Notes under the pieces: generated by a model
Told to the model about the DNA's origin: nothing
The model's input: the letters and a program-made list of their open reading frames with translations, nothing else
Databases searched by the model: none
Assembly: GCA_041572575.1 (NCBI GenBank)
Contig: JBFFSH010000002.1
Location: 1-64,000, forward strand
Length of the DNA stretch: 64,000 bases
Direction of reading: 5' to 3'
Origin: Thermodesulfobacteriota bacterium
GTDB taxonomy: Bacteria > Desulfobacterota_D > UBA1144 > Nemesobacterales > N074bin48
Part shown: positions 33,193-42,218 of the stretch, in pieces
Layout of the letters: each line of letters opens with the position of its first letter
Numbering within the stretch: the stretch's first letter is position 1
Position numbers and translations under genes: made by a program

Positions 33193-33939
33193 CTAAGGCG
33201 TGTTAGGCACTAATACCCCTCCCCAAGCTCCCGATGATATTGGAATAGTATCAGAAAAATCTTCTGTTTGAGCAGTAACTATGAGCCCCTGAACCGCCAG
33301 ATTATGCTTTGTAGACAAGCTAAAATTGTTGTCAGCAAATTGCTTAGGCGATTTTACAGCATATGTAAGAACTACTGAAGTAACAGTTTTTAAAGATAAT
33401 GGATTTACAGCAGTACTTAAAGAAGCTTTTCTTAACAAATACATGCCCTCGGCACCAAGACTGCCGACCCCAAGACCATCATAAAAACTTTTACAGGTAG
33501 TTTGGTCTGTAGTATATTCGAATTCCTTTATATCCGAATTATTGAGGGCAATGGCAGTACATTCGGTGTCTTTAATAGTAGGACCACTGCCTGTAATGGT
33601 AAAATCCGGTGTAACACTGGCAAGAGGATTGCACGGACAATTGGAACATGCAGAATAATCTTCCGAACCATCACAGTATGTAAAGTCTGCAGCCCTTCCA
33701 TCTTTTTCAGTGAGAAATGCCCGATTGTTTAATAATTATATCCTTTTGATTTCGGCTAAATCTTTGTCTGCAGCGGCCTGAATTATGTTAGTGGCATTAG
33801 ATCCTGCTTCCGCCATTTGCTTTTGTCTTACTGACAAAAACTCCATCTGTGAAAGGGCAAGAAAGCCAACCGACATTATAAATACCGCAACCAGTATTTC
33901 TAACAGAGTGAAACCACTAGTATTATTTATTTTAACCAT
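33193..33939 (-). pseudogene. pilV: PilV-like minor pilin with one in-frame TAA
   Basis: SG/FTLLEILVAVFIMSVG prepilin. TAA at 33736-33738; the same frame then stays open (LLNNRAF..CDGS..CSNCPCNP..MYLLRK) to 33193, giving 248 codons. Confidence 0.82.
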
Positions 33940-34004
33940 CCTATATCCCTGTTAAATAACTAACAATTATCTTAAATCCCAAAGTATTAACTGTCATATT
34001 GTAT

Positions 34005-34020
34005 TGCAATCTATATGCCA
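34005..34020 (-). promoter_or_regulatory. Sigma54 (-24/-12) promoter of the minor pilin cluster
   Basis: Minus strand TGGCAT-ATAGA-TTGCA matches TGGCAC-N5-TTGCW, 65 nt upstream of the pilV ATG. Confidence 0.75.
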
Positions 34021-34188
34021 CTTAATGTTTATATTGTAACAACCTGCAAACATTATACTTTTTAAAGTTAAAATATCAATAGAATTTGTTACTATGAACA
34101 AAATTTCACTAATTGCGCAAAATATTTCACAGCATACCTTGGTCTGGAAACATAAACTGAAAGAGATAAGATCTTATAGATTAAAGTT

Positions 34189-35718
34189 TTATATCCTGTT
34201 AAACAGGTTTGAGCCTTTTATAACTTTTGAACCCTGCTTTATAATTCCCCACTCTTTTAATCCCTCTACACCTGCTTTTTCTATAGCTGAATCATTGCCT
34301 AATTTTTCCCAAATATCGGTGGCAGTGGCAGGCATAAAAGGGTAGACGAGGATAGATATTATTCTTATAGATTCACAGCAGTTGTAAAGTATAGTAGAAA
34401 GTCTTTGCGTCTGACCGCCTTTAGCTAAAGTCCATGGAGCGGTATCATCTATATACTTATTCACAAATGCTATTAATTCCCAGATAGAAAAAAGAGCCTT
34501 ACTAAATGCAACATCATCCATATGATTATTGTACTGATCTACAGTCTGCAATGCTTTATCAGCTACACTTTTATCAATGGTCTCTGTCTCATTTGCAGAT
34601 GGAACAACGCCGTCAAAATATTTTTCTACCATTCCGAGGCTTCTGCTCACGAGGTTTCCAAGCCCGTTTGCAAGGTCTCCGTTTATTCTCCCGACAACTG
34701 AATCTCTGGAAAAATCGCCATCCTGTCCAAATGGTATCTCTCTTAGCAGGAAGTATCTGAACACATCCACACCGAATTCCTCTGCTATTTTGTAAGGATC
34801 AATCACATTGCCAAGTGACTTGGACATCTTTTCTCCCTCGATGGTCCACCATCCATGTGCAAATACGGTCTTTGGTAATTCAAGCCCTGCAGACATTAGA
34901 AATGCAGGCCAGTAAACTGCATGAAACCTCAGAATGTCCTTGCCTACAAAATGATAATCCGCAGGCCAGTATTCATTTAACATTTCGGTATTATTCGGAT
35001 ACCCAACAGCCGTAATATAGTTTGTAAGTGCATCAAACCACACATAAATCACATGTTCTTTGTCACTATCTATGGGAATTCCCCATGAGAAGGTTGTCCT
35101 GCTTATGCTAAGGTCCCTGAGCCCTCCTTCAACAAAACTTATCACCTCATTTCTTCTGTTATCGGGTTTTATAAAGTCAGGGTTATTTTTATAGTAATCA
35201 AGCAGTTTGTCCTGATACTCTGAAAGCTTAAAGAAATAGCTCTTCTCCTTTACTCTTTCGATGATAGGTCTTTTAGACTCGGGCAATTCCATAAAATCTT
35301 CATACTGGGTATCGGTTATATAGGCTTCGTCCCTTACGTCATACCAGCCCTCATACTCTCCCAGATAGATATCTCCATTATCCTGTATAACCTTGAATAT
35401 TTCATTAACGGCAATTTTATGTCTTTTCTCCGTGGTTCTGATGAAATCGTCGTTAGATATATTTAACACCTTCCACAGATCAGCAAACCTTACTACAACT
35501 TCATCGGCAAGCTCTTTAGGGGTCTTTCCAGCTTCCTTTGCAGTTCTTTCTATCTTTTGCCCGTGCTCATCGGTACCGGTTAGAAAATATACTTTCTGCC
35601 CGCACAGTTTCTTGTACCGAGCCATGACATCAGCCGCGATTGTTGTGTAAGCATGTCCAATATGCGGGACATCATTTACGTAATATATAGGTGTTGTTAT
35701 ATAAAATGATTTACTCAA
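34189..35718 (-). CDS. metG: Methionine--tRNA ligase (short form)
   Basis: FYITTPIYYVN..HIGH, GTDEHGQK, KMSKS; TTG start. Confidence 0.97.
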   Translation of the reverse strand: MSKSFYITTPIYYVNDVPHIGHAYTTIAADVMARYKKLCGQKVYFLTGTDEHGQKIERTAKEAGKTPKELADEVVVRFADLWKVLNISNDDFIRTTEKRHKIAVNEIFKVIQDNGDIYLGEYEGWYDVRDEAYITDTQYEDFMELPESKRPIIERVKEKSYFFKLSEYQDKLLDYYKNNPDFIKPDNRRNEVISFVEGGLRDLSISRTTFSWGIPIDSDKEHVIYVWFDALTNYITAVGYPNNTEMLNEYWPADYHFVGKDILRFHAVYWPAFLMSAGLELPKTVFAHGWWTIEGEKMSKSLGNVIDPYKIAEEFGVDVFRYFLLREIPFGQDGDFSRDSVVGRINGDLANGLGNLVSRSLGMVEKYFDGVVPSANETETIDKSVADKALQTVDQYNNHMDDVAFSKALFSIWELIAFVNKYIDDTAPWTLAKGGQTQRLSTILYNCCESIRIISILVYPFMPATATDIWEKLGNDSAIEKAGVEGLKEWGIIKQGSKVIKGSNLFNRI

Positions 35719-35740
35719 TTGTTATGTACCATCCAATAGT

Positions 35741-36754
35741 TCATGTTTTAGAAAATTTTATGATCACATTTTCCAGAACAAACTGTTTGTTAACGTTTCT
35801 AAAAAATAGTGATTCCCTTGCTTTTTCGAGAAATGACCTTAATTCCAGTATATAGTCAATTGACCAGATTTGCGCAAATCTCTTGGTAGCTTCAGTTATA
35901 TCCCTGTGCACTATGTGCTTATCATCAATATTTGATTTCATGTATAGTATATCTTTTAACCACATAAAAAGAGTTTCAAAAAATACATTATAATCATTGC
36001 TGTCCGATGATTTTTCTTTAGAAATATCTTCTACAAGTTCCAGTATCCCCACTGCTGATCTATTTTGAATATTAGCAATATTATCGATAAAAGACTTTCT
36101 TTCTAAAAGAAGTTCTTCGTCCATCATAAGGGCCTTTGAAAGGCTGCCCTGAGAGAGTCTGGCAGCGGTTTCGTAATGTTCAGCAGATATTTGAGATTTA
36201 GATTTTATTGCTTGTATTATCACACTTTCATCAAGCCTGAAAAACTCCAGGCTCTGGCACCTTGATGTAATGGTTTTTAGCAGATACTGAGGTTTTGAGC
36301 AAACAAGGATAATAACAGCATCAGCAGGCGGTTCTTCAAGAGTCTTTAAAAATGCATTTTGAGCATTAATATTCATAGACTCCGCATCGTCTATGATAGA
36401 TATTTTATACCTGCCCTCATAAGGTTTTAGATAAATTAAATCTTCAATTTGCTCGCGTATTTGATTTACTTTTATTTCAGATGAATCCACAGATTTTAGC
36501 ACTGTTACGTCCGGATGATTAGACCCGTCTATTTTGAGGCATGATGAACAGGTGCATTTACCTTCGTCATAAACCCCCTGTCCGTCTCTTTTTCTCTCAC
36601 AGTTAAGAAGCTTTGCAAATTCAAGCGCAACTAGTTTTTTACCAACACCTTCAGGTCCATAAAAGAGATAAGAGTTTGCAACTCTTTGCTTCTTTATAGA
36701 TTTCATCAAAAATTCCTTTTGAAATTCGTGCCCTGTTATACTGGGAAAACCCAT
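35741..36754 (-). CDS. holB: DNA polymerase III delta' subunit
   Basis: YLFYGPEGVGK, C..C.C..C..HPD, AQNAFLKTLEEP, TITSRC. Confidence 0.93.
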   Translation of the reverse strand: MGFPSITGHEFQKEFLMKSIKKQRVANSYLFYGPEGVGKKLVALEFAKLLNCERKRDGQGVYDEGKCTCSSCLKIDGSNHPDVTVLKSVDSSEIKVNQIREQIEDLIYLKPYEGRYKISIIDDAESMNINAQNAFLKTLEEPPADAVIILVCSKPQYLLKTITSRCQSLEFFRLDESVIIQAIKSKSQISAEHYETAARLSQGSLSKALMMDEELLLERKSFIDNIANIQNRSAVGILELVEDISKEKSSDSNDYNVFFETLFMWLKDILYMKSNIDDKHIVHRDITEATKRFAQIWSIDYILELRSFLEKARESLFFRNVNKQFVLENVIIKFSKT

Positions 36755-36762
36755 ATCAATTC

Positions 36763-37377
36763 CTATATATTCAAAATATTTTCTATAATTGTATTTATTT
36801 CCTGAGCAATTACTGCAGCATCTCTGTCAGCATCAATAATCTTTATTCGATCCGGCTGCTTTTTATAAGATTCTAAAAACCCGTCTCTTACCCTTTTATG
36901 AAAATCTACAGATTCAGCGTCAAACTTTGTTTTTTCATCTCTTGACTCAATCCTCTGCAGTCCGGATTCAACTGGAAGATCCAAGAGCAGCGTGATGTCC
37001 GGCAGTATGCCAAGGCATGACTGCTCTACCATTTTAGCAACCAACTCCCTGTCATTATCTCTGCCAAGACCCTGATAAACAAGGGTTGAGTCGTGATAAC
37101 GGTCACATATCACAATCTCGCCATTTTCAAGCTTTGGCTCAATGAATTCCTTTACATGATTAACCCTGTCGGTACAGAAAAGACACAGCTCAGCAAATGG
37201 GGCAAGGGTAATATCCCTGTCATCCAGCAAAATATTTCTTATAATCTGCCCAAGCTTGCCCCAACCAGGTTCCCTTGTTAGATTTATTTTTAGCCCTTTA
37301 GTTGTAATAAAATCGTTAAGCAGCCTTGCCTGAGTGCTTTTTCCACTGCCCTCGATTCCTTCAAAAGTGATAAACAT
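36763..37377 (-). CDS. tmk: Thymidylate kinase
   Basis: FITFEGIEGSGKSTQ, TREPG, ICDRY.DST..YQG. Confidence 0.96.
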   Translation of the reverse strand: MFITFEGIEGSGKSTQARLLNDFITTKGLKINLTREPGWGKLGQIIRNILLDDRDITLAPFAELCLFCTDRVNHVKEFIEPKLENGEIVICDRYHDSTLVYQGLGRDNDRELVAKMVEQSCLGILPDITLLLDLPVESGLQRIESRDEKTKFDAESVDFHKRVRDGFLESYKKQPDRIKIIDADRDAAVIAQEINTIIENILNI

Positions 37378-37530
37378 TGAGCAAAGAAAGTAACTTAAAG
37401 AGAGATAAATAACAACGAATATTTTGTAATTTTAGCATTTGTTTTTATTTTTAAAACAAAATTTGGAGTTATAAGTTAAAATATTATACTTATGCAGTTA
37501 TAAAATATAAAATTTCGCAAAGGAATATCT

Positions 37531-38037
37531 ATGCAACCAAGAAAACATATAGCAATTATTATCATTTTTATTCTGATTTTTGGATTACAGACCAAGCTTG
37601 GATTTTCAAGAAACTATATAGAAAGCCTAAAAGTAAAAGCCATACCTGCAGAAATTCTGGATACCATATGTCCACTGTACTTAACCTTTCAAATGCAGAT
37701 TATTGCCGGAGTAAAAATGTACAAGACCGAGCAGCTCACAATAAAATACAGATTGATAGGAGATAACGGATTTGCATCAAACTGGCGGCAATACAATATT
37801 GCCAAAGGAGATACAAGAACAGATGTATTCAGAAGAAGGATTGATCCCCATGCAATTGCTGAAAAAACGGATATCAAAAATAACCCGACATTAGAATTAA
37901 AGGGCGATAAGATTCACTATAGAGGATGGTCAGCAGTTGAGCTCATATATCAGGATGAATTAAGGAAGATATATACAGTTGGATCAAATAAGGCAGAATT
38001 CAATATTGAATGCAAGGAACTTGAGATTATTAATTAA
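37531..38037 (+). CDS. Secreted hypothetical protein
   Basis: Signal peptide; SD-like AAGGA; beta-rich domain bracketed by two Cys. Confidence 0.7.
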   Translation: MQPRKHIAIIIIFILIFGLQTKLGFSRNYIESLKVKAIPAEILDTICPLYLTFQMQIIAGVKMYKTEQLTIKYRLIGDNGFASNWRQYNIAKGDTRTDVFRRRIDPHAIAEKTDIKNNPTLELKGDKIHYRGWSAVELIYQDELRKIYTVGSNKAEFNIECKELEIIN

Positions 38038-38056
38038 ATCTTTTTAGAAATCTTAT

Positions 38057-38776
38057 TTAATTAAAATAATCAAAGAGACCCTCAAGTTCTTTTTTTGACA
38101 AATCTTTCCATTTTCCTTTTTGTAAATCCCCAAGAGTAAGCGGCCCTATTGATACCCTTTTAAGCTTTATTATCTTATATCCGAAATGGGAAAAATATCT
38201 TTTTACGAGATGATTTTTCCCTTCGTGAAATGTGGCTACAACAAGATTGCTGTTGTTATTGTTTCCAGGGATTTTTAAGCTGTCCGGTTTTACAAATCCA
38301 TCTTCAAGCTCGGCACCTTCAGTTAATTTTTCTAATTCTTGAAGGGTGATCTTTTTATTGAGCACACAGACATACTCCTTTGGAACTGTAAAGCTTGGGT
38401 GATGAATTTTATGAGCAATTTCACCGTCATTAGTTAAGAAAAGCAGCCCTTCTACATCATAGTCCAGCCTCCCCACAGGGTAGACTCTTTCAGGAATATC
38501 ATCAATCAATTCCACTATTGTCTTTTTATCATCTTCGTTATTTTCAAGTGTTGTTACATAGAGCTTTGGTTTGTTTAGTAATATATATCTCTTATTTTCA
38601 AAATTTAGCTCCTGCTCACCAATTCTTACAGTATCGCTCAAGGTGTCTACGGAAAGTCCGGGCTCAGTAACTAGTTTGTCGTTTACATATACCTCGCCTT
38701 TATCAATCAGCTCATCGGCCTTTCTTCTTGACGTATAGCCGCACATCGATATATATCGGTTTATTCTTACTATCAT
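38057..38776 (-). CDS. rluB: RsuA/RluB-family pseudouridine synthase
   Basis: S4 domain (SRRKADELI), NKP, VGRLD, EGKNH. Confidence 0.85.
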   Translation of the reverse strand: MIVRINRYISMCGYTSRRKADELIDKGEVYVNDKLVTEPGLSVDTLSDTVRIGEQELNFENKRYILLNKPKLYVTTLENNEDDKKTIVELIDDIPERVYPVGRLDYDVEGLLFLTNDGEIAHKIHHPSFTVPKEYVCVLNKKITLQELEKLTEGAELEDGFVKPDSLKIPGNNNNSNLVVATFHEGKNHLVKRYFSHFGYKIIKLKRVSIGPLTLGDLQKGKWKDLSKKELEGLFDYFN

Positions 38777-38789
38777 TTTTTATTCTATA

Positions 38790-38826
38790 AAAAACAAAAA
38801 AGCTCCTTTGATAACAAAAGGAGCTT
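38790..38826 (-). terminator. Intrinsic terminator after the tandem AhpD gene
   Basis: AAGCTCCTTTG-ATAA-CAAAAGGAGCTT hairpin followed by a U-rich tract on the minus strand. Confidence 0.75.
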
Positions 38827-38855
38827 ATATTTTTATAAATCCTTATTTAATTATA

Positions 38856-39563
38856 CTACGAACCGGTTTTCTTCTGTTCTTTGTCATTAATACTATCAAG
38901 TGTATACATCGCTACACTACTATGAGCATAACATGCTCCTGCTGACATGACCATACCAACATTCATGGCTTCTGCTATCTGCTCTTTAGTATATCCGGCC
39001 GCTCTTGCATCTTTTACGCAGCCTCTTATACAATAAGGACACCTTGTCATATTAGCACAGCAAAGACCAAGCAGGCCACGTTTGAAGTTTTTTGATAAAG
39101 CACCATCAGCAAATACCTTTTTGGTGAAATCTTTAAATTTATCGTCAGATTCCCCACTTGCATCGGAAAAACATTTTATTTCGTGTGCAATATTTTTCTT
39201 AAAAAAATGTCCTTCGGTAAGCGGCACATCATTATCCAGTGCATCCCAAGCTTCATAGGCCATACTTGTATAAGCATAAGGAGCGCCCATTGCAAACCTC
39301 ATCGCAACATATATTGCTTCTGTAATTTCCTCATCAGATGTGCCGTGTTTCTTACTTATAGTTACTCTTGATCTTATGCAATAGGAACATCTGGTAAGAT
39401 GTGCAGCAGCTACGGCAATTAGCTCCTTTTCTTTTTTAGTTAATGCACCATCTGTAAACGCAGTATTGTGATAATCCATCCATGAACCATAAAGATCGGG
39501 GTTTATTTCCTTTAGGTGTACTATATCGGCACTGATATTACTCTTAAGCATGTAATCACTCAT
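38856..39563 (-). CDS. Tandem carboxymuconolactone decarboxylase/AhpD-like protein
   Basis: Two repeats: DGALTKKEKELIAV..RCSYCIR..EEITEA and DGALSKNFKRGLLGL..RCPYCIR..EQIAEA. Confidence 0.85.
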   Translation of the reverse strand: MSDYMLKSNISADIVHLKEINPDLYGSWMDYHNTAFTDGALTKKEKELIAVAAAHLTRCSYCIRSRVTISKKHGTSDEEITEAIYVAMRFAMGAPYAYTSMAYEAWDALDNDVPLTEGHFFKKNIAHEIKCFSDASGESDDKFKDFTKKVFADGALSKNFKRGLLGLCCANMTRCPYCIRGCVKDARAAGYTKEQIAEAMNVGMVMSAGACYAHSSVAMYTLDSINDKEQKKTGS

Positions 39564-39590
39564 ATTTTTATTCTCCTCAAAGCCCTGCTA

Positions 39591-40166
39591 TTAGGCTTTT
39601 AATAAATTTATTATTTCTTTTGAACCGTTATCCAAAGGGTTAATTTGTTTGTATGTTTTTGTCATGAGAATCGCACCTTGTAAATGCGAAAGGATCAGTT
39701 CTGAGGATATTGCTGTATCAAATTTGTCTGAGAATTCTCCAATCCTAACACCTTCCTGCAGACAGTTTTGAATCTTCTGTTTCCAGAGTTCAAAAAACTG
39801 CTCCAGTCTTTTTCTGAAACTACTATTTTTAGAGCTAAGCTCAATTGCAAGATTTCCAAAAGGGCATCCGTGTCTGCATTTATCATTCTCGTGTATGGAT
39901 ATGACTTTATCATAGAAACTATTCAGTCTTCTGAGAGGACTTAAGTTTTCATTCGATAAGGTTTTGTCGAGCACTTCTGATATATAGTTGTCTATTCTCA
40001 TTTCTAAAACTTCAAGACCCAGCAACTGCTTGCTTCTGAAATGATAATAAAAATTGCTTTTGGATACACCCGCTTTTCTTATTATCTCGTCTACGCTTGT
40101 CTGCCCGTAACCATTTTTATAAATCATCGTATAAGCAGCGTGTAATATTTTTTCTTTGTTTGTCAT
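39591..40166 (-). CDS. TetR-family repressor (NemR/LmrA-like)
   Basis: HTH TSVDEII..AGVSKSNFYYHF.SK; GCPFGNLA.EL; LQGAIL. Confidence 0.92.
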   Translation of the reverse strand: MTNKEKILHAAYTMIYKNGYGQTSVDEIIRKAGVSKSNFYYHFRSKQLLGLEVLEMRIDNYISEVLDKTLSNENLSPLRRLNSFYDKVISIHENDKCRHGCPFGNLAIELSSKNSSFRKRLEQFFELWKQKIQNCLQEGVRIGEFSDKFDTAISSELILSHLQGAILMTKTYKQINPLDNGSKEIINLLKA

Positions 40167-40174
40167 TTTATTAA

Positions 40175-40200
40175 ATTAGGACTAACTAGTACGTACTAAT
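40175..40200. promoter_or_regulatory. Putative TetR operator
   Basis: Perfect palindrome TAGTACGTACTA (40187-40198) overlapping imperfect GGACTAACTAGTAC; lies between a TTTACA/TATATT minus-strand promoter and the tetR ATG. Confidence 0.6.
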
Positions 40201-40266
40201 ATATAATATAAATTGAAAATGTAAAGAGGTTTTATTTATTTGTAGATTTAGTGTAATTTTCTTTAA

Positions 40267-41223
40267 ATGAGCAGACTCGTAATAGGCATAGATATTGGCG
40301 GTACAAATCTAAGGGGTGCAGTGGTTGACTCTAAAGGAAACATCCAAAAGAGATACAGCATAAGTTCGGAGGCCAATATCGGTATAGACAACCTCATAGA
40401 TAATCTTATTCATTTAATAAGTAACCTAAGGTCAGACTATAAAATTGCAGGCATTGGTATTGGAATACCCGGAATACTGGACTCTAAAAATGGAATACTC
40501 ACGCAAGCACCTAATATTAATGTGGCCAATAATTATCCGATCAGAAAAGTGCTCAGCAAAAGGATTAAACCCAAAGTTCCGATTTTTATAGAAAATGATG
40601 CCAATTGCGCAGCATTTGGGGAGTTTAAATTTGGGGCGGGTAAGGGTTTAAATAGTTTAATTATGCTTACTCTTGGTACCGGAGTTGGCGGGGGAATCAT
40701 TTTAAATAAAGAGATCTGGAATGGGGCATATGGAATGGGAGGAGAGATCGGACACATAAAGATTTACCCCGGTGGAATAAAATGTAACTGTGGTCACAGG
40801 GGTTGTCTGGAAAGTTATTCATCACAGGCAGGCATTTATAACATGGTAAAAAAGGGTAGAAAGGAAAATAGAATTAATAAGACTCTATCGGATTTAATCA
40901 AATCCACACATAAGGACAAATTACCTGAGCTCATATTCAGGCAAGCTAAAAATGGCAGCAAATTCTCTGTAAAACTGTGGGAAGAATTTGGAACGGCTCT
41001 TGGGATTGGAATTTCTTCAATCACAAATCTGCTAAACCCTGAAATAGTTGTAATAGGCGGCGGGATTACGGGCGCCTGGCAATTTTTCATTCCATCTTTA
41101 AAAAAGACCGTAAAAGAAAATACACTTTCAGGTCCCTATAAGAAACTCATAATCAGCAGATCTAAATTAAAAGACGATGCAGGAATTTTAGGTGCAGCAA
41201 ATCTGGCACTGGGAAAAAAATAA
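40267..41223 (+). CDS. ROK-family sugar kinase (glucokinase-like)
   Basis: GIDIGGT, ENDANCAA, LGTGVGGG, GEIGH, CNCGHRGCLE. Confidence 0.92.
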   Translation: MSRLVIGIDIGGTNLRGAVVDSKGNIQKRYSISSEANIGIDNLIDNLIHLISNLRSDYKIAGIGIGIPGILDSKNGILTQAPNINVANNYPIRKVLSKRIKPKVPIFIENDANCAAFGEFKFGAGKGLNSLIMLTLGTGVGGGIILNKEIWNGAYGMGGEIGHIKIYPGGIKCNCGHRGCLESYSSQAGIYNMVKKGRKENRINKTLSDLIKSTHKDKLPELIFRQAKNGSKFSVKLWEEFGTALGIGISSITNLLNPEIVVIGGGITGAWQFFIPSLKKTVKENTLSGPYKKLIISRSKLKDDAGILGAANLALGKK

Positions 41224-41280
41224 AAGTGCCGAATAAGTCATTTAAGTATAACAAAAGATTAATTTGATCATGGAAGCGGG

Positions 41281-42195
41281 TTAAAAAATAGATTTGCCGG
41301 TGATAGTCGTAAACATCTCCAGAGCTTTTACCCCTGCAAGGGAATTTCCGTTGTCATTCAAACCCGGCGACCACACGGCGATATTGAACTGACCGGGAAG
41401 CACAGCTATTATGCCTCCACCCACACCACTTTTGCCCGGAAGCCCTACCCGGTAGGCAAAATCACCAACCGCGTCATAGGTTCCACATGTAAGGAGCAGT
41501 GAGTTTAGATACTTGGTTTGTCTTGTTGTAGAGACTGCCTCTTTGATTAAAGGTGAATAGCCGCTGTGCACAAGATATGAGCATGCATTGGATAAATCGA
41601 TACAGTTCATAGATATTGAACACTGGTAAAAGTAAACGTCCAAAACACCAGAGGGTTGATTATCGAGATTATTAAAACTTTTAAGATAGTTGGCAATAGA
41701 TTTATTCAGATACCCCGTTTTCTTTTCCGATGCGTACACTTTTGGATCATGTTCAATACTCGAATTGCCACTTAATAACCTAAGATAATCGATTATGGCT
41801 TTTTTTGCGTCTCCCACCCTTGATAAGATAATGTCGGTTATTACTAATGCACCTGCATTAATAAAAGGATTTCTTGGTATACCTTTTTCATATTCGAGCT
41901 GTACGAGAGAATTAAATGGATTTCCTGATGGTTCACGTCCCACTCTTTGCCACAATCTTTTATCTTCAAATTGCAATGCCAGTGTTAATGTAAACAGTTT
42001 TGATATGCTCTGTATTGAAAACTTTGTGTTAAAATCACCAACTTTTGAAATCTCTCCATCTGCGGTTTGCAAAACCATGGCAAAATTATCAGGTGAGACC
42101 TTTTTAAGCTCGGGAATATAATCGGCAACCTTACCCAAGGCTAGATAAGGCTTTATCTCTTCATATATTTCTTCTAAAATTAGCTGGTAATCCAT
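41281..42195 (-). CDS. glsA: Glutaminase
   Basis: GKVADYIPEL, FSIQSISK, NPFINAGA, KSGVGGG. Confidence 0.95.
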   Translation of the reverse strand: MDYQLILEEIYEEIKPYLALGKVADYIPELKKVSPDNFAMVLQTADGEISKVGDFNTKFSIQSISKLFTLTLALQFEDKRLWQRVGREPSGNPFNSLVQLEYEKGIPRNPFINAGALVITDIILSRVGDAKKAIIDYLRLLSGNSSIEHDPKVYASEKKTGYLNKSIANYLKSFNNLDNQPSGVLDVYFYQCSISMNCIDLSNACSYLVHSGYSPLIKEAVSTTRQTKYLNSLLLTCGTYDAVGDFAYRVGLPGKSGVGGGIIAVLPGQFNIAVWSPGLNDNGNSLAGVKALEMFTTITGKSIF

Positions 42196-42218
42196 TTCCG
42201 TGTTTACATATTGCTTGA

